From positions 539 through 64,538 of IMG/VR virus record IMGVR_UViG_3300049825_000745: a stretch of 64,000 nt of DNA. One strand, given 5' to 3'. The DNA comes from a virus (taxonomy: Duplodnaviria; Caudoviricetes). Each line of letters begins with the position of its first letter. Within the stretch, counting starts at the first letter, position 1. The translations under genes were made by a program, and so were the position numbers. This document shows, in pieces, positions 1 through 10,204 of the stretch. The notes under the pieces were generated by a model. It had not been told where the DNA came from and did not search any database. It worked only from the letters and a program-made list of their open reading frames with translations.

Positions 1-944
1 AGGAATTGACCCCATCCAGCGTCATGGGTCGATTTTGCCATCCGAGTTCTGGCAATGCCCTTGATATTGAGCGCCTCATGCCCAATATTCTTTCCTTTGT
101 TTAAAAGCTTTTTAGCTGTCTTGTAGTGAAAGTCTTTGCGTTGATTGGCAACCTTGAGGTGCAATTTAGCCAAACGCTTAATCGCCTTTTTGCGACGGTT
201 TGACCCCTTCTTTTTACGAGACAGGGAACGTTGCACTCGTTTGAGACGTTTCTCGGCTTTGCGGTAGGGTTGAGGGATGGACACCTCTTCACCCGTATCT
301 GTCATCAAAAACACCTTCAGCCCCATATCAATCCCGATAGTGTTCTCCAGGATGGGCGTTTCTGGAATCACATCAGGAACACTGGCATCCTCAAGACTCA
401 GGCTGACATACCAACCATCAGCCTTGAGTGTTATAGTTGCCGTCTTAATTTTGAAGCCTACAGGCAATGGACGGTGTTGAATGAATTTGACATCGCCAAG
501 CACTGGAAACGTAATGAATTTCCCCTCAACACAGTCCTGCTTCATCTGAGGAAATGTGAAAGACCGATATCTTCCTTTCCCCTTAAAGCGTGGTTTACCT
601 GACCTTTTGCCGCTGCTATCTCCTTCCAAAAAACGGTCGAACGCCTTTTTAACTCGTTCAATACAGTTTTGTAAAACTTGAGATTGAACCCTTTTATATT
701 CAGGAAACAACGCTTTGGAGTTAACCAAATCCCGCTTCTGAGAGTAGAAATCAGGATTGTCTTTAAGGGCTGGCAAATAGCAAACCAAAGGACAAGCGTT
801 AATAGGAGATCGGTTCTCCTCATACCAACGAAACCGCTCACCCAAGCGGTAATTGTACTGACGACGCAACAATTCCAGCCAGTTATCCATCAAAGACTCC
901 TGGACAGGTGTTGGGCGTAGTCGATACTGGTAGGCAATTCTCAT
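1..944 (-). CDS. tnpB: TnpB RNA-guided endonuclease, truncated by window edge (absent from ORF track)
   Basis: Manual translation from ATG at 944: MRIAYQYRLRPT...GKPRFK...ADGWYVSL...TIGIDMGLK (RuvC-I D)...KKGSNRRKKA...GHEALNIKG (RuvC-II E)...HDAGWGQF; open to the edge. Confidence 0.95.
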   Translation of the reverse strand, partial: MRIAYQYRLRPTPVQESLMDNWLELLRRQYNYRLGERFRWYEENRSPINACPLVCYLPALKDNPDFYSQKRDLVNSKALFPEYKRVQSQVLQNCIERVKKAFDRFLEGDSSGKRSGKPRFKGKGRYRSFTFPQMKQDCVEGKFITFPVLGDVKFIQHRPLPVGFKIKTATITLKADGWYVSLSLEDASVPDVIPETPILENTIGIDMGLKVFLMTDTGEEVSIPQPYRKAEKRLKRVQRSLSRKKKGSNRRKKAIKRLAKLHLKVANQRKDFHYKTAKKLLNKGKNIGHEALNIKGIARTRMAKSTHDAGWGQF

Positions 945-1007
945 GTCTCTATTATACTCACTGTAGCTTAAAATAGATACACTGATAAGAGAAATCATTG
1001 TAAACTG

Positions 1008-1421
1008 TTGATGAAAGACGATTTTGTATCCAGTGGTAGATCCGTGTCTGACATGAAAGCTCATTTGGTGCTGACAACCAAGTATCGCCGCAAGGTGCTC
1101 ACGGGCGAGATGATTCAACGGCTAGGTGAAGTGATGGGCGATTTATGTCAGAAATGGAACTGCAAAATCGTCGAATTTAATGGCGAAGATAATCACATCC
1201 ATTTGCTATTTCAGTATTTGCCTCAGATGGAGTTACCCAAATTCATCGGAAATTTGAAGTCTGTCTCCAGTCGAAGGCTCAGAGAAGAGTTTCCCGCTGA
1301 AGTTGATAAAGTCTATTGGAAAAAGGTTCTGTGGAACGAGTCTTACTTCATCGCCTCCTGTGGCGGGGTCACAATCTCGGTTCTGAAGAAATACATTGAG
1401 GAGCAAAACACCCCTGAATAG
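1008..1421 (+). CDS. tnpA: IS200-type Y1 HUH transposase
   Basis: HLVLTTKYRRKV, NHIHLL (HUH), LKSVSSR, LWNESYF, KKYIEEQ (catalytic Tyr). Confidence 0.95.
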   Translation: MMKDDFVSSGRSVSDMKAHLVLTTKYRRKVLTGEMIQRLGEVMGDLCQKWNCKIVEFNGEDNHIHLLFQYLPQMELPKFIGNLKSVSSRRLREEFPAEVDKVYWKKVLWNESYFIASCGGVTISVLKKYIEEQNTPE

Positions 1422-1648
1422 GGGCATAGATTATTTGTTCGTTTCGGCACTGTTGCCTTTCCTCGCCTCCGGCATTGGTCAGGCAACGTACCTCAACTCA
1501 CGCGCCTTTCATCCCGACGCTGACCTGAGTACAGGTACAGCGCGGGGCTTCCCGTCTAAAAGCTAAAAAGCGCAACCCATTACAGGAGATAAAAGAGTCG
1601 GGATCGCCTGAGTAGAGTAGAATATCTATAGTTTTAGGCGATCGCCCC

Positions 1649-3001
1649 ATGACCGCAGAATTTAATACAGACGGCCACTTGCAAAACGTAATGCTTGGCT
1701 TTAGCCAGTATGGTGGCGCAAACAAAACCGCACAGTTCACCCCCGCATCACAAGGGGTAATACTCACCCGTCAAGAGCGCCAAAATCTGTATGGTTATTG
1801 TCCAGCGATCGCCAATGCAATCGATCTAGTGGTGGACGATAGCCTACAAAAATACTGTGCCTACTCCAATAAATCCGGTGGGGATAGCGCAAAGGTTCAG
1901 GGCATTTTAGATGGGGCAAAGGATGCGATCGCAGAAGCCTGGAAAATGGCACGGATCCACGGATGGGCCGGGGTGCTGCTATTCGTGGATGACGAGATTG
2001 ATTTGGCGCTGCCCATCAACAAAAAACCGCGCTCTATTCGTGGCTACAGAGCCTATGGCGGCGGCATTGACGGGCTGTTGACCGTTGCGGAGTGGGATAC
2101 TGATCCAACTAGCCTAGAGTATGGGCAACCTCTATTATTCAGCCTTGGGAGCGGTTCTCAGAAGATTCACCGCGATCGCATTTTGCTGTTCTATGGCGTG
2201 AAAAAGTTAGGCGGCAATGAGGAGATCACAGCTAATCCACTGGAGCAACTAGGGATATCGTTAATCGACCGGGTTTATCGAGACTTCCAAAATTTCGATG
2301 TCGCCTGCCAGTCCATCGCCGCATCATTGCCCACTTGGGCGCAGGACATCTTAGGGATACCCGACCTAGCGACGTTAGCTAAGAATCCAAAATCCTTGCA
2401 ACTATACGTTGACGGCTTGAACATGTTCCGGTCGGTTTTAAACATGATGGCGATCGACACCAAAAACGGCGGTGAGTACAAGACCGTCAATCGCGACTAT
2501 TCTGCAATGCCCGAGGTTGTCAAACTGTTTGCCCAGTACTTCGCTGGAGCCTGCAATGTCCCTGACACGATGTTGTTCAATCAATCGCCATCGGGCCAAA
2601 CCTCAGGGCGATACCAGTCTGAGAGTTGGGCACAGTGGATTACTCAACAGCAGCAACTGAACCTATGCAAACCTGTAGAGCGGTTGGTGGCGATCGCCCA
2701 CTCAATCTACGGTGAACCGGAGGATTGGGAGATGCATTACCCCTCAATCCTCACTCTGTCAGCGGTTGATCTGGCGAACCTCGACAAAACCAAGGCCGAT
2801 ACGATCAAATCCTTGGGGGCTGCCATCACGCCTGAAGAGGCCCGCAAATCGCTTGAAGATGACGTGCCCATTGGCAAAGTCTTAGATAACGACGCTTGGG
2901 AGAGCCTAGACGATGCCATTAGAGAACAGCCCACAGAACCTGCCCCCGCCATCCCAGCACCTACAAAGGGGAGGGGATTTGGTAAGCCCCGCGCAAATTG
3001 A
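1649..3001 (+). CDS. Phage portal protein (DUF1073-like)
   Basis: 450 aa; ARIHGWAG, IHRDRILLF, GISLIDRVY, AGACNVPDTMLFNQSPSG; first gene of the head module. Confidence 0.8.
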   Translation: MTAEFNTDGHLQNVMLGFSQYGGANKTAQFTPASQGVILTRQERQNLYGYCPAIANAIDLVVDDSLQKYCAYSNKSGGDSAKVQGILDGAKDAIAEAWKMARIHGWAGVLLFVDDEIDLALPINKKPRSIRGYRAYGGGIDGLLTVAEWDTDPTSLEYGQPLLFSLGSGSQKIHRDRILLFYGVKKLGGNEEITANPLEQLGISLIDRVYRDFQNFDVACQSIAASLPTWAQDILGIPDLATLAKNPKSLQLYVDGLNMFRSVLNMMAIDTKNGGEYKTVNRDYSAMPEVVKLFAQYFAGACNVPDTMLFNQSPSGQTSGRYQSESWAQWITQQQQLNLCKPVERLVAIAHSIYGEPEDWEMHYPSILTLSAVDLANLDKTKADTIKSLGAAITPEEARKSLEDDVPIGKVLDNDAWESLDDAIREQPTEPAPAIPAPTKGRGFGKPRAN

Positions 3002-3229
3002 GCAGGAAGCTATGATTTTGCAGAGTGATATCGATAAGATCGGGCAGTCATGGGATAGGACGATGCCGCCCAAGTTTAAGGGGTTGTTGGATGTTTGATT
3101 TTAATCTTAGGCCCAGGCTTTTTAGGCTCTGGCACCCATTTATGCCTGCAATCCATGCATTGTTTGCGATCGCTTCCTGATGGGAGGCGATCGCAATTTG
3201 TTATTCGCTCAGACTTACAGACAGGGCAC

Positions 3230-4459
3230 TTATGCACGGATCAACGGGTAAGTTTCAATTTTACTGACATCTACACCATGCCTTCCGAATGAAACTTCCG
3301 GGGCAAGCAAATACCGTTGAGCTAGCTCACAGGTTTTTAGCCTAGACGGTACCTCAAGAGAGTATGGGCGACCTGTAGATGGATCGTAGGTGCATAGGAC
3401 TGTGCCCATACTCGTTTTGATCAGCGATTCCATCCCACCATAGCGGGGCATAGAAATATCTAATACCTCACCGTGAGATTCAGAAATATATCGACTCCAT
3501 CCAAATCGATTAATTCGAATACGACGAATTTCTTCATTCTCCTCATTGTGAATATCTTCAAGGGTTTGAGTTTCAGGACTCATTACAACTTGTTCGGGAA
3601 CAAGATACCCTTCCAGTGCCCAAAGGCAATATCCATCTGCATACTCAACGGCTGGCCCATCTTCACAATGAATACCCCCTGCATCATGCCAGCCTATTTT
3701 TGTGGGGCGATCGCAGACTATGCAAGTATTTTCGAATGGGAAAATCCAGTCTAGATTTTTAACTATTAATTTATATTGTTCAAATTTGTGGTTATCTAAT
3801 TTTGCTCCAGCAATCTTTCCCCCAAGAATATAACCTAGAAAAGCTTTTGCGTAATAAAAATTAAAGCTGTCGCTGAGATTGTCGTGGAGATTGTCGTGGA
3901 GATTGTCGCTGAGATTGGCGATGAGATTGGCGATGAGATTGGTGCGGAGATTGTCGTGGAGATTGGCGATGAGATTGTCGCCGAGATTGGCGATGAGATT
4001 GTCGCGGAGATTGTCGTGGAGATTGGCGATGAGATTGGCGCGGAGATTGGCGCGGAGATTGTCGCGGAGATTGGCGCGGAGATTGTCGCTGAGATTGTCG
4101 TGGAGATTGGTGCGGAGATTGTCGCGGAGATTGGCGCTGAGATTGTCGCTGAGATTGTCGCTGAGATTGTCGTGGAGATTGGCGCGGAGATTGTCGCTGA
4201 GATTGTCGCTGAGATTGGCGATGAGATTGGTGCGGAGATTGGGTTGCTTTAATGTTGTCAACAGTAACATTCCTTCTAATGGACTTTTGCAAAACAAGAC
4301 CTTTGGGGGTTGTTTGTTCACATTAGTATACAAAGCATTGACCGCTTGTTCGGCTAATGCATGATCTGTCGGGCTAGCGCACAAATCATAGATTGATTGT
4401 CGCATTTTGTAGATATCAGCCCATTGAGAAGATGAGATTGTTTCTATTTTTTTAGGCAT
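3230..4459 (-). CDS. DUF6745-like protein with internal tetrapeptide repeats
   Basis: C-terminal WIFPFENTCIVCDRP...HCEDGPAVEYADG...NEEIRRIRI..GW..Y...DPSTGRPYSLEVP; central NLxx repeats. Confidence 0.75.
   Translation of the reverse strand: MPKKIETISSSQWADIYKMRQSIYDLCASPTDHALAEQAVNALYTNVNKQPPKVLFCKSPLEGMLLLTTLKQPNLRTNLIANLSDNLSDNLRANLHDNLSDNLSDNLSANLRDNLRTNLHDNLSDNLRANLRDNLRANLRANLIANLHDNLRDNLIANLGDNLIANLHDNLRTNLIANLIANLSDNLHDNLHDNLSDSFNFYYAKAFLGYILGGKIAGAKLDNHKFEQYKLIVKNLDWIFPFENTCIVCDRPTKIGWHDAGGIHCEDGPAVEYADGYCLWALEGYLVPEQVVMSPETQTLEDIHNEENEEIRRIRINRFGWSRYISESHGEVLDISMPRYGGMESLIKTSMGTVLCTYDPSTGRPYSLEVPSRLKTCELAQRYLLAPEVSFGRHGVDVSKIETYPLIRA
3869..4240. repeat. 12-bp tandem repeat, 31 units, invariant GAGATTG core
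   Basis: GAGATT recurs every 12 nt from 3875 to 4235; the rest of the unit varies among a few variants (TCGTG, TCGCT, GCGAT, GCGCG, GTGCG, TCGCG). Confidence 0.97.
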
Positions 4460-4664
4460 CTAACATTCCCCAGTCAGATTGCTCCAATTCACAAGAAATT
4501 TTGCTCAAGGCAAGAGATTTAAGCCACAGTCGTTCGTTATCCCAGACAGATTCTGATAATCTTTCTCTAAGTTCTAAAGTCGTATTGCTGTATTGCTCCC
4601 ATAACGTAGCTTTTAAGTTGTCATACAGCGATTCATTGAATAAGTCAAAATTTGTCATTGTCAT
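4452..4664 (-). CDS. Hypothetical protein in DUF6745 operon
   Basis: 70-aa ORF overlapping the start of the DUF6745-like gene. Confidence 0.55.
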   Translation of the reverse strand: MTMTNFDLFNESLYDNLKATLWEQYSNTTLELRERLSESVWDNERLWLKSLALSKISCELEQSDWGMLDA

Positions 4665-4707
4665 TTTGTTTTACCTTAAAATATGTCCAAAAAAAGCAAA
4701 ATTTCTA

Positions 4708-5124
4708 TTAGTCTTGACTTTTCCGAATTTCATCGGCTAATCGTCGTTGATATCCAACCGCTACAATGCTCGGAGGCCAAACATAATCACGATGCTCTGG
4801 ATGCTCAATCGTCGTGGACTTATCCATGACGATTGTTGGCCCTTCTAAAGGGTTGGCGTCCAAAAAGGCATAGAAAGTGCAGTGCTTTAGATCCTCAGCC
4901 TTAATGCAGTGACGAGACCCACGGCTAGTTCCTGGCGCTAGCTGAGCCTGTTTTTCGACTTGCACCATGCCTTCTGGTACTGCGGGAAGCCGCAAAATGT
5001 TAATATCGCCCTGGGGCAAATATTGCCCTACAGGAAAATCGTGCGGGACGATAAAAGTATCATCACAGGCATTCTGCTGCCCATGCGCATGAACCTTTTG
5101 GATTACTTCGGTGGCTGATTGCAT
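4708..5124 (-). CDS. QGD-motif partner protein typically adjacent to DUF6745 genes
   Basis: PQGDINI...LAPG..SRH...IEHPEH...YQRR pattern. Confidence 0.65.
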   Translation of the reverse strand: MQSATEVIQKVHAHGQQNACDDTFIVPHDFPVGQYLPQGDINILRLPAVPEGMVQVEKQAQLAPGTSRGSRHCIKAEDLKHCTFYAFLDANPLEGPTIVMDKSTTIEHPEHRDYVWPPSIVAVGYQRRLADEIRKSQD

Positions 5125-5172
5125 GACTATTCTCTAAACAACTATATTCAGTATACCCCATGAATAGATAAA

Positions 5173-5862
5173 ATGATCACCACTGACGCGATCGCCGCCA
5201 CGCTCTGGCAATGGGACAAGAAAACCGCCCGGTATCGAGATTCGAGCACAGGGCGGTTTATCAATGCCAATCAGCTCAAGTCCCTACAAGAGCGCAATAT
5301 CGAACTGATCGGCAACAACATTCAGCAGTTGGGCGATCTCCTCATCCAAGACCAAATCAGCCTAAAGTCCTGGCAAGAATCCACCATGCAGGCGCTCAAG
5401 ACGTTACGCCTGCATCAATTGGTATTAGCCAAAGGTGGGCTTGCCCAAACCTTTGCGGTTGACTATCTGGCGGTAGGACGTGACCTAAAATCTGACTACA
5501 CTTATCTCAGACAATTCGCTGAGGATATCCAGCGCGGGTACACCATCGGCAAGGATGGGCAGCAGCGACCCATGACGATCGCACGGTTTCAACAACGCCT
5601 CAATCTGTATGTCAAGAAAGGCCGGACTTCCTTCGAGCAGGGCGTACAAGCTAGGCAATTGGAACAGGGCGACCGCTACATGTACCGCATTCTAGGCTTT
5701 ACGGATCGCCATTGTGCAGACTGTGTGAGGTATCAGTCCGCTGGCGTTGTGTCTATTGGGGCGTTGCCTTTGCCTGGGGAGAATTGCCAGTGCGGGGGAA
5801 ACTGTCGGTGTAGTGTGGTCTATGTGCGATCGCTCGAAGATTTGATCGTGGCCAAAAATTGA
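5173..5862 (+). CDS. Phage minor head / head morphogenesis protein
   Basis: RYRDSSTGRF N-terminus; C-terminal HCADC...LPLPGENCQCGGNCRC. Confidence 0.7.
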   Translation: MITTDAIAATLWQWDKKTARYRDSSTGRFINANQLKSLQERNIELIGNNIQQLGDLLIQDQISLKSWQESTMQALKTLRLHQLVLAKGGLAQTFAVDYLAVGRDLKSDYTYLRQFAEDIQRGYTIGKDGQQRPMTIARFQQRLNLYVKKGRTSFEQGVQARQLEQGDRYMYRILGFTDRHCADCVRYQSAGVVSIGALPLPGENCQCGGNCRCSVVYVRSLEDLIVAKN

Positions 5863-6018
5863 AGCACAGAATCTTTGTTTTTTAACAGATTCTGTAAAAG
5901 TGGCATTCTCAACTATGCAGTAAGTTTTATCTGTCCTAATGATCTTGCACCTTTAAATGAAGTGCTACCCCATCTCTGAATATGATGATTCCATGCTTCA
6001 GGCATTTCATCCCAAATC

Positions 6019-6252
6019 TCAGTACAGGAAGGTTATCGGTTGACCCAACACATCAGCGATCGCTCTGGCATCGTCCAGTGTTGGGCAAAGCGTCCCCAAC
6101 TCCCAGCGATGAACCGTATCTTTCGACCGATGCAGCTTTGTCGCTAGTTCCCTAACGGTCAGTCCCGCCGCTCTGCGAGCCAGCATGATTGATACTCCCC
6201 TACGCCGAGAGATGGGCACCTCGGGCGGCACATAAATCTCGATTACTGCCAT
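6019..6252 (-). CDS. XRE/Cro-like HTH regulator
   Basis: ARRAAGLTVRELATKLHRSKDTVHRWELG..CPT...IADVLG. Confidence 0.85.
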   Translation of the reverse strand: MAVIEIYVPPEVPISRRRGVSIMLARRAAGLTVRELATKLHRSKDTVHRWELGTLCPTLDDARAIADVLGQPITFLY

Positions 6253-6337
6253 TTGTCGCTATTCTTTGCCTTTTAGGTAGTCGCATTAAATTATAGCAGA
6301 GAACTCAGAGTAAATTGAGGTATCGAATTGAGTTGAT

Positions 6338-7519
6338 ATGGCCGTATTCCGCTGCGATCGAGGATTAATTGTTAAGCCGGAAAAGACCGACGAAGGTTTT
6401 TTGCGGTGCATGTTCCGCTTTCGGAAAGTGGGCGAGTTGCCATACCTGAATGCAGACGGCACGCGGCATATAGAAGTAGTCACCCGTGAAAATCTGCTCA
6501 ATACTGACTCGCTCAAAACGGCTAGAAACAAACCCATTACACAGTTGCACCCCCCTGGTAAAATTGTAAACCGTGACAATTCGCATCTATATATGCGTGG
6601 GATGTCAGGCGAAGCAATGCTGACCGACGGCGACTACGCGATGATCAGCGGCTGCATTACGCATGGTGAGCTGATTGACAAAATCCTATCAGGGGAATTC
6701 TCGGATGTTTCCTCTGGCTATTGGTCTGACAAAGTTCCCCGCAACGATGGCAAGTTTGATCAAGTAAACGCCTATTACAACCATTATTCAGGCGTCCCCT
6801 ATGGTCGCGCTGGCCCTGACGTGAACTGGTTTAGCGCGGACGAGGCCGATCCGCTGCCTGAGGGATTCGCGGTGCAGGATATCGACACCGCAGACCTCAG
6901 GCTCAATAAACCACAGCTTTTTGTCCTTACTCCTGTAAAGAGGAAATCTATGATCAATTCATTAAAGCTCGACGACGTTACAACCCTTGCGGTTGGCGAC
7001 TCGGAAGGCGAACAAACCCTTGCAAAGCACCTTCGAGACTTGCTCAAAATCACGGCAGATTCAGCCGTGATTGAAACTGAATTGAGCGAAGAAAAAGCAA
7101 AGGCGATCGCACTCCAAACCGAACGCGATCAACATCAGGCCCGTGCCGATGTTGCAGAAGCCAAAATCAAGGAACTTGAAGCCGCTAAAGTGGACGCCGC
7201 TGAGATTGATAAAGCATTTCAAGCGGGCAAAGCTCGGGCAGCGCTTGAAACTCGGATTGCTGAAATCACGGGAGCTGAAGTCAAAACCGACGCATCAGAT
7301 CGCGAGTTAAAGATTGATGCGATCGCCAAACGCCTCAACACTGACGCTGCCACCTACGCCGAAAAGCCCGACGCTTATATCGATGCAGCGTATGAGATTG
7401 CGATCGCCACCGATGCAGCCGATGCGACAAAGGAGCAGATGCGATCCGTAAATACTGATGCTGCGTCCATGGTTGAAGCCAAGAAGCGTGTCAGACCTCA
7501 AGATCGCCCCATTAAATAG
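6338..7519 (+). CDS. Prohead protease/scaffold (DUF2213-like)
   Basis: EGFL, KPITQLHP, VSSGY, NHYSGVPYGRAG, followed by a coiled-coil scaffold tail. Confidence 0.85.
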   Translation: MAVFRCDRGLIVKPEKTDEGFLRCMFRFRKVGELPYLNADGTRHIEVVTRENLLNTDSLKTARNKPITQLHPPGKIVNRDNSHLYMRGMSGEAMLTDGDYAMISGCITHGELIDKILSGEFSDVSSGYWSDKVPRNDGKFDQVNAYYNHYSGVPYGRAGPDVNWFSADEADPLPEGFAVQDIDTADLRLNKPQLFVLTPVKRKSMINSLKLDDVTTLAVGDSEGEQTLAKHLRDLLKITADSAVIETELSEEKAKAIALQTERDQHQARADVAEAKIKELEAAKVDAAEIDKAFQAGKARAALETRIAEITGAEVKTDASDRELKIDAIAKRLNTDAATYAEKPDAYIDAAYEIAIATDAADATKEQMRSVNTDAASMVEAKKRVRPQDRPIK

Positions 7520-7531
7520 GACTAGAAACAA

Positions 7532-8329
7532 ATGGCAATTACTGGACTACAAACCTCGTTTACCCCCACCCAAGCGACTGGGATGATTGGGACGATCATC
7601 AATGGCGTGATCGTCGAATCCTATCGAAATCTGGGTGGACTAACTGCCCAATCGGTACAGGTGGACATCGGCACTATCGCTGTCTCCACCGCATATACAA
7701 TCAACGTTGACGGGACAGCAGTTACGGTTACTAGCTCAGCGGCTGAAACGGTTGCAACGTTACAGCCAAAACTATTAACGGCACTACGAAATAGTTTTGC
7801 AGGCTCCAATTTTACCTTTGCCGCTGTTGCCACCACTGGGATTACTATTTTGTCTCGGCTGGCTGGTATTGCCACCCCTGTTACGGTTAGCGGTGGTGGC
7901 GCTGGATTCACGGTAAATACAGGCGCGGGGGTGGCATCGGCCCAGCCCACCAAAATCCCATTTGGTCTAGTGGTAGCTCGAAAAACTGGGGATGACGTTC
8001 GCGGTTGTCGCCTACCTACCGCAGTCGCAGATATCATCTTGGGCTTTTCCGTTGCAAGTCATGCTCGGGAATTATCCGACGGTATTTTACCAGGGGCAGC
8101 AGTAGGTGTCGTCCGATCCGGTAGCCTCTATGCCTGGGCAGAAGAGCCAATTACCGAAGATTCCCCGCTGTTGTATCGCCGTGCGGTTAATGGCAACCTC
8201 ACGCAACTTGGCACAGTTGCCGTCACCGCTGGAACTGGCTTAACTGCGCTCACCGGATGCGCTGCGAAGGGTAGTTCGTTCGTCTTTGATGGACGTCACG
8301 GTGTCGAAGTTTCTGTTAATTTAGCCTAG
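7532..8329 (+). CDS. Capsid decoration/cement protein
   Basis: Between protease and MCP; IPFGLVV and VGVVRSGSLY motifs; Ala/Thr/Gly-rich. Confidence 0.65.
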   Translation: MAITGLQTSFTPTQATGMIGTIINGVIVESYRNLGGLTAQSVQVDIGTIAVSTAYTINVDGTAVTVTSSAAETVATLQPKLLTALRNSFAGSNFTFAAVATTGITILSRLAGIATPVTVSGGGAGFTVNTGAGVASAQPTKIPFGLVVARKTGDDVRGCRLPTAVADIILGFSVASHARELSDGILPGAAVGVVRSGSLYAWAEEPITEDSPLLYRRAVNGNLTQLGTVAVTAGTGLTALTGCAAKGSSFVFDGRHGVEVSVNLA

Positions 8330-8344
8330 TAGGTAAAGAAAGAA

Positions 8345-9259
8345 ATGCCCGTAACAATTGGACAGATTGATAATGCCTTGCGGGTAGTAATGCCCAAGGT
8401 GCTAGAAACCGAATACGGTACTCTAGATTTCCTGAATTTATTCGTGCCAGAGGACTCCATACGAATGCCTGGGGTCGGCACTATCGACTACTACCGTGCT
8501 ACTGGGGCCGGAACTTTTCGCGTGATGGCGGATTACGCCACGACCGCGCCCAAGGTGGACGTATGGATGACAAAAATCACCTACGACACCGAGTATTTCA
8601 ATTCAGGGTTCGACATTACCCTGAAGGAAACGGACTCGCAGGCATTCGCCGCCTCCAATAATCAACCTATTGTTGAGAACTTGGTAGAGCGAAAAACCAG
8701 GGCGATTGATCGGGCATACCAAGAGCTACAAAACAGAATCCTTTCCGATGGACTCAAGGGCAAACGGTTATATGGGATGCTTACTCATCCCGACGTGCCC
8801 CGCGCTGTGATGCCCTATCGCTTTGGGCTATTGACCTCTGTAGGCGACAACATTGGCTTGGCATCCTATATCTCAATGCTTGCTCCTGATCGCACGTTGG
8901 GCAATGAGCGTCCAGGCACTTTGATTCTACCTCCAAGCATGGATAACGAATTGGGTCAACAGATCGCGGGATCTGCCGGAGGCACTAGTACTAAGCTATT
9001 CATCAGGGAAAACAATACACACATCAAAGAAATCACCAACTCCTACAACCTTGTGGGCAAAGGGCCAAACGGCGGGGACTTGGGGATTCTTTATAGCCGT
9101 AATGAGGATTCTTTGATCAGCATCGTACCCAAGGGCTTAACCCGTGGACTACCTCAAGAACGCGGTCATAATACCGAGGTATTATTCCACTGTCAGCTAG
9201 GTGGTGTCCACTTCCACCGTCCTCTCTCTGCAACAATTCTAGAGTTCCCAGCAGCTTAA
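8345..9259 (+). CDS. Major capsid protein (DUF2184-like, HK97 fold)
   Basis: 304 aa; position; LYGMLTHPDVP, PGTLILPP, GGVHFHRP motifs. Confidence 0.8.
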   Translation: MPVTIGQIDNALRVVMPKVLETEYGTLDFLNLFVPEDSIRMPGVGTIDYYRATGAGTFRVMADYATTAPKVDVWMTKITYDTEYFNSGFDITLKETDSQAFAASNNQPIVENLVERKTRAIDRAYQELQNRILSDGLKGKRLYGMLTHPDVPRAVMPYRFGLLTSVGDNIGLASYISMLAPDRTLGNERPGTLILPPSMDNELGQQIAGSAGGTSTKLFIRENNTHIKEITNSYNLVGKGPNGGDLGILYSRNEDSLISIVPKGLTRGLPQERGHNTEVLFHCQLGGVHFHRPLSATILEFPAA

Positions 9260-9263
9260 AAAT

Positions 9264-9782
9264 ATGCCTACTGAAACACCTACCAAACCAGTCGAAGCCG
9301 CCGTAAAGTCCGACAAAATCGGGCTGATTTACTACCCTGAGAAAGAATCGCACATCGGAACTGCATCTGTCGGATCTGTTGATCCCGTGCGAATGCTTGA
9401 AATCCCCATTAAAACGGGATCCTCATCTCAATTAACGGGCGTAAACGGTGGGACTCAACAGTTTGTTGATATTCCACTTTTTAAGACCTTGCGTTTGATG
9501 GTCGGATCTCAGATTGTGGATGCCGCCGATTGGGAAGTTGCCAAACAAGACCCGTTCGTGAAACAGCGGATTTATTGGAAAGCGATCGTCGAAATGGTGC
9601 CCACTAGGGCCACTGGTATTGGTGGCTTGTCGGTCTTTGAGGAAGAGGATGCGATCCAATTTATTGCGTCCTGCTACGACGAAGAACGAATGAAGGGATG
9701 GCTTTTGGATGAGTCGCGCCCTGGTGTGCGATCGCAGATTACCGAACGGCTCAAGGATTTAAGAGGGGATAGACCCGAATGA
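9264..9782 (+). CDS. Hypothetical head-associated protein
   Basis: Coupled ORF after MCP; C-terminal W...ESRPGVR..I..RL. Confidence 0.55.
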   Translation: MPTETPTKPVEAAVKSDKIGLIYYPEKESHIGTASVGSVDPVRMLEIPIKTGSSSQLTGVNGGTQQFVDIPLFKTLRLMVGSQIVDAADWEVAKQDPFVKQRIYWKAIVEMVPTRATGIGGLSVFEEEDAIQFIASCYDEERMKGWLLDESRPGVRSQITERLKDLRGDRPE

Positions 9783-10204
9783 TAAGTCTCGAATTATTCC
9801 TACGATCCTACCCAGAATTTGCAGCTTTAGACGCTGAATATTATGGGTTGATTGATAGTGTAATTCGAGAGACGGCCATAGAGGCCGATTCTTACAACTA
9901 CCTCTCAGGCGACCCTGATCTACAGGACTTGGCGCTGTCTTTACACGTTGCCCATAATTGCCTATCGCGATCGCGTGAAATAGCGGCTTCCAATGGTGAG
10001 GTGGCTAGCGGGCTGATTAAGCGGCAAAAAGATGATTTGTATGGCGAGGTTGAGTACGACACCTCCGCAGCGGTCTCTGTGTCTCAAAAGTACCGAAACA
10101 GTCCGTATTGGGAGAGGTTACAGCAACTACTCTCACAGAGATCTATGATCTCTGTGGGATTCCTTGCCTTTGGCCCTAGTCCCTATATTCCTCGGAGGTT
10201 GTAA
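9779..10204 (+). CDS. Head-tail adaptor (DUF4054-like)
   Basis: FLRSYPEFA, LHVAH, SPYWERLQQLL. Confidence 0.7.
   Translation: MISLELFLRSYPEFAALDAEYYGLIDSVIRETAIEADSYNYLSGDPDLQDLALSLHVAHNCLSRSREIAASNGEVASGLIKRQKDDLYGEVEYDTSAAVSVSQKYRNSPYWERLQQLLSQRSMISVGFLAFGPSPYIPRRL

Larger units (their letters stand above)
1..1562 (-). mobile_element. IS200/IS605-family element (divergent tnpA/tnpB), right end beyond window edge
   Basis: tnpB and tnpA are divergent. On the minus strand the left end reads TTAG|CTTTTAGACGGGAAGCCCCGCGCTGTACCTGTACTCAGGTCAGCGTCGGG: target TTAG at 1566-1563, subterminal hairpin at about 1513-1546. Confidence 0.92.

Noticed and set aside
101-920. ORF-track calls in the first 950 bp
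   Set aside because: These are shadows of the minus-strand tnpB, which the track missed because it runs off the edge.
1649-3001. Anti-CBASS Acb1 label sometimes attached to this family
   Set aside because: Size, position and motifs fit a portal, and no paired HxT phosphodiesterase motifs are evident.
3869-4240. CRISPR array, and the long alternative-frame ORFs (3861-4292, 3879-4364, 3884-4252)
   Set aside because: The period is 12 bp with no spacers, and the alternative frames are open only because the repeat lacks stop codons.
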